This document shows, piece after piece, positions 44,962-47,220 of a stretch of 47,220 nt of DNA. How positions within the stretch are numbered: position 1 is the first letter of the stretch; the number at the start of each line of letters is the position of its first letter. Location: positions 1-47,220 of the IMG/VR virus record IMGVR_UViG_3300049846_000516; one strand, given 5' to 3'. This stretch comes from a virus (lineage: Duplodnaviria; Caudoviricetes). The notes beneath the pieces are model-generated. The model saw only the letters and a list, made by a program, of their open reading frames with translations. It made no database searches and was not told the DNA's origin. The position numbers were made by a program, and so were the translations under genes.

Positions 44962-45449
44962 TTAACGATCTTAAGTTCCGATAGGCGCGCAAGCCTATTC
45001 TCGAGCATTTCAGTTTCTTTAGTCGACTGATCTTGTTGAATCTTTTCGCGAATCTTTTGTTCGCGCTCTTCTTTACGGGCTTCGTACAGAAGTTTCTGTG
45101 CCGAGACATTCCCTTTCTGTGCGGCATCCCACAGAAGTCGGCGAGCAATAGCCTGATCCCGTTGGTACTTCTCTTCGCGCCAGTCCTCGATAACGCGCCG
45201 GATCTTAACACAGATCTTCAGCATATTCTTCCAGTACTCCCACGATGGGGTGAGGGCTACTGCCGCTTCGTACTCATTAACGCAATCCATATAGATTTTA
45301 TAAGCAGAAGGGAGGTCATCATCTTCATGCTTAGTGGTGTACACTGGCTCTTTCGGTTCGTTCTTAATCCATTGGCCGGAGAGCGGAACCTCTCGAAAGA
45401 TCCCATGGAACGGAACGCCATCACTGTAGTAGAACTTAGAAGTATCCAT
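44958..45449 (-). CDS. Putative terminase small subunit
   Basis: Helical 163 aa gene coupled upstream of terL; A..GNVSAQK.L motif; start re-called to MDTSK. Confidence 0.5.
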   Translation of the reverse strand: MDTSKFYYSDGVPFHGIFREVPLSGQWIKNEPKEPVYTTKHEDDDLPSAYKIYMDCVNEYEAAVALTPSWEYWKNMLKICVKIRRVIEDWREEKYQRDQAIARRLLWDAAQKGNVSAQKLLYEARKEEREQKIREKIQQDQSTKETEMLENRLARLSELKIVK

Positions 45450-47119
45450 TACATTATTACATAATCGAACGTGCCATCTGCTCCAAGGGCAGAAGTTACA
45501 GTACAAGTGAACGACGTCTTGTTAACCTTAGTTACATACATCCCGTTAGCAGCAGCCACTGCGGCAGCCATGGTTGCATTCGTCGGGGTGATTGTGATAA
45601 CCGATCCAAGAGTAACGTTAGCGTTAGTAACGGTTACGTTCGACTGGCCGCTCGAGATCGTTGCCGATCCCTTCAAGCTCGCGCCGAGATCGCGGACGTT
45701 CCCACACATCGTGATGTACGTAGAGTCGGTAGACGGGCCGAAGTTCTGCGGCACGATCTGATCGGTTACGTTCCCGTGAGCGGTATTCCAAGATACAGTA
45801 GACCGGTCACAGTTCGAGATATAGATTCCATTGTCCTGAGTAGCAGCACCGCTATCGTAGCAGTGGTTCCCAGAGATCACAATGTAATCTGAGTCAGCAC
45901 CACGAATACCGTCAGATCCGTTGTCGAAGCAAACGTTATCATATACTTGGCAGTAGTCGGCGTTGTTAATGATGATGCCGTGGGTAGTATTAGAGTAGCA
46001 TCGGCAGTCGGATACAGAGGTACCATTTGCCGTTACGTTAATACCATGGCCACCATTGCTGGCAGCGATGACGTCAGAGATCACAACCTTTGCAGCGGTA
46101 CTTGCAACATGTACACCGTTATCTTGCGACCCAATCACTTGTCCAGAGGTCAGCATCAAACCGCTTACACGGCCGATGTTAATCCCGTATCCAATCGAGT
46201 CAGCGTCAGTATCAAGAGTACCAGCGCCATAGATGTTGAACCCGCTGATTACTACGTTATCGCATGCGGTAGAACCGCCAGTGCCGTACTCAAGTACAAT
46301 ACCACTGCTTGCGAGAGTACGCGTGCTGAATCCAGTACAGGTGAACTGACGTTGACCGCCGAGTTCAAGACCACGTCCGCCAGCTGCAGGATCATTCTCA
46401 AGGCCGTTGTACGTGGTATCTCCGATGCTGGAGTTCCCATAACATGCAGTAGAGGTCTCTGCGTCGAATGCGAAGGCATCGTCTTCGTGGTTAATAACCA
46501 CGTTCCCGATACTCTTGCAGTACTTACATTCGCCAAAGAATGTGATACCGGTACCATTCGTACCATCTACGCGACAGTTCTCAACCGTTACGTACTCAGA
46601 TGGATAATGAACGCTAGTATCCAGAAGACCTGCTACAAGGATTGCTTGGGTAGCAGCGTCCTTAATGAGAACATTCTTAATAAGACAGTTCTTAACGTAC
46701 TTCAGAGCGATCGTCGGTACAGCGGTAGACGAGAAGTCTCCGCCATCGATCATCAAGTTCTCAATGATGATGTTCGAATCTTGTGCCGTAGTCGTACCCC
46801 AGTGTACGTTCTTGATACATTTACCTGCAGAGGCGAGTACGATCTTGCTCGACCATCCATCGCCGTACAGGCGCGTATCGGATTTCAGAGTGATTGCGTC
46901 CGGGTCTACAGTCCACGTGCCCGAAGGAACGTAGATGCTGCCAGTGAGATTACAGGCAGTATTGAAAGCGACAGTACAATCGTCGCCAGAGACAGCGCCA
47001 TATCGACGGATGTCGCCGGCCGGATAACCCCAGTCTACGCTTGTGATGTTCGCCGTAACTTCTTCATCGGTGAGATCGAAGTACCGAAGCTTTTCTACGT
47101 TAAGTCTTGCTTGTGTCAT
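45449..47119 (-). CDS. Tailspike / depolymerase with right-handed beta-helix (pectate lyase-like)
   Basis: DIRRYGA..GDDCT.AF..A, YVPSGTW, repeated N..GI..N coils. Confidence 0.85.
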   Translation of the reverse strand: MTQARLNVEKLRYFDLTDEEVTANITSVDWGYPAGDIRRYGAVSGDDCTVAFNTACNLTGSIYVPSGTWTVDPDAITLKSDTRLYGDGWSSKIVLASAGKCIKNVHWGTTTAQDSNIIIENLMIDGGDFSSTAVPTIALKYVKNCLIKNVLIKDAATQAILVAGLLDTSVHYPSEYVTVENCRVDGTNGTGITFFGECKYCKSIGNVVINHEDDAFAFDAETSTACYGNSSIGDTTYNGLENDPAAGGRGLELGGQRQFTCTGFSTRTLASSGIVLEYGTGGSTACDNVVISGFNIYGAGTLDTDADSIGYGINIGRVSGLMLTSGQVIGSQDNGVHVASTAAKVVISDVIAASNGGHGINVTANGTSVSDCRCYSNTTHGIIINNADYCQVYDNVCFDNGSDGIRGADSDYIVISGNHCYDSGAATQDNGIYISNCDRSTVSWNTAHGNVTDQIVPQNFGPSTDSTYITMCGNVRDLGASLKGSATISSGQSNVTVTNANVTLGSVITITPTNATMAAAVAAANGMYVTKVNKTSFTCTVTSALGADGTFDYVIM

Positions 47120-47124
47120 ATGTA

Positions 47125-47220
47125 TTAACCAGCAGTCAGCGTATAGCTAACTTGAATGTTTGAAAAGGTGTACACAGTTCCCGGATCGAGCGTACTTCTA
47201 AAAGAAATCGCAAGAGTACA
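47125..47220 (-). CDS. C-terminal fragment of an upstream structural gene
   Basis: Open frame ...TLDPGTVYTFSNIQVSYTLTAG* ending 5 nt before the tailspike ATG. Confidence 0.5.
   Translation of the reverse strand, partial: CTLAISFRSTLDPGTVYTFSNIQVSYTLTAG

Noticed and set aside
1-47220. Phage RNA polymerase, integrase, reverse transcriptase, DNA-modification genes or stop-codon recoding
   Set aside because: No motifs seen; long genes translate intact in the standard code and all three stop codons are used.

Overview
Near-complete (~47 kb, both ends cut inside genes) genome of a lytic podovirus with the two-arm layout of SIO1/VpV262/PA11-like phages (Zobellviridae-like; inferred from gene content and order). 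The + arm (about 2.2-21.9 kb) carries GC-rich early hypothetical genes, then T7-type primase-helicase, family A DNA polymerase, putative SSB, 5'-3' exonuclease, endonuclease VII and an M15 peptidase endolysin. The - arm carries beta-helix tailspikes, terminase, portal, scaffold, capsid, tail adaptor/nozzle, internal virion proteins, tail fibre and holin. The arms converge on a bidirectional terminator at about 22.0 kb and diverge from a repeat-rich non-coding block at 1.3-2.2 kb. I saw no RNA polymerase, integrase or canonical tRNA. Most notable: (1) the first early gene sits behind a complete sigma54-type promoter architecture (GG-N10-GC, IHF site, three enhancer-like repeats) with no phage activator evident; (2) two long candidate structured RNAs, one with two pseudoknots (6.2-6.6 kb) and one built from repeated tRNA T-arm modules (12.0-12.6 kb); (3) a recurring GTACTAGTAC palindrome plus strong GTAC enrichment; (4) a probable virion protein with a C-terminal R-S-ExE ADP-ribosyltransferase; (5) a split tail-nozzle gene and a set of micro zinc-ribbon ORFs. 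All calls come from reading motifs by eye; no searches were run.
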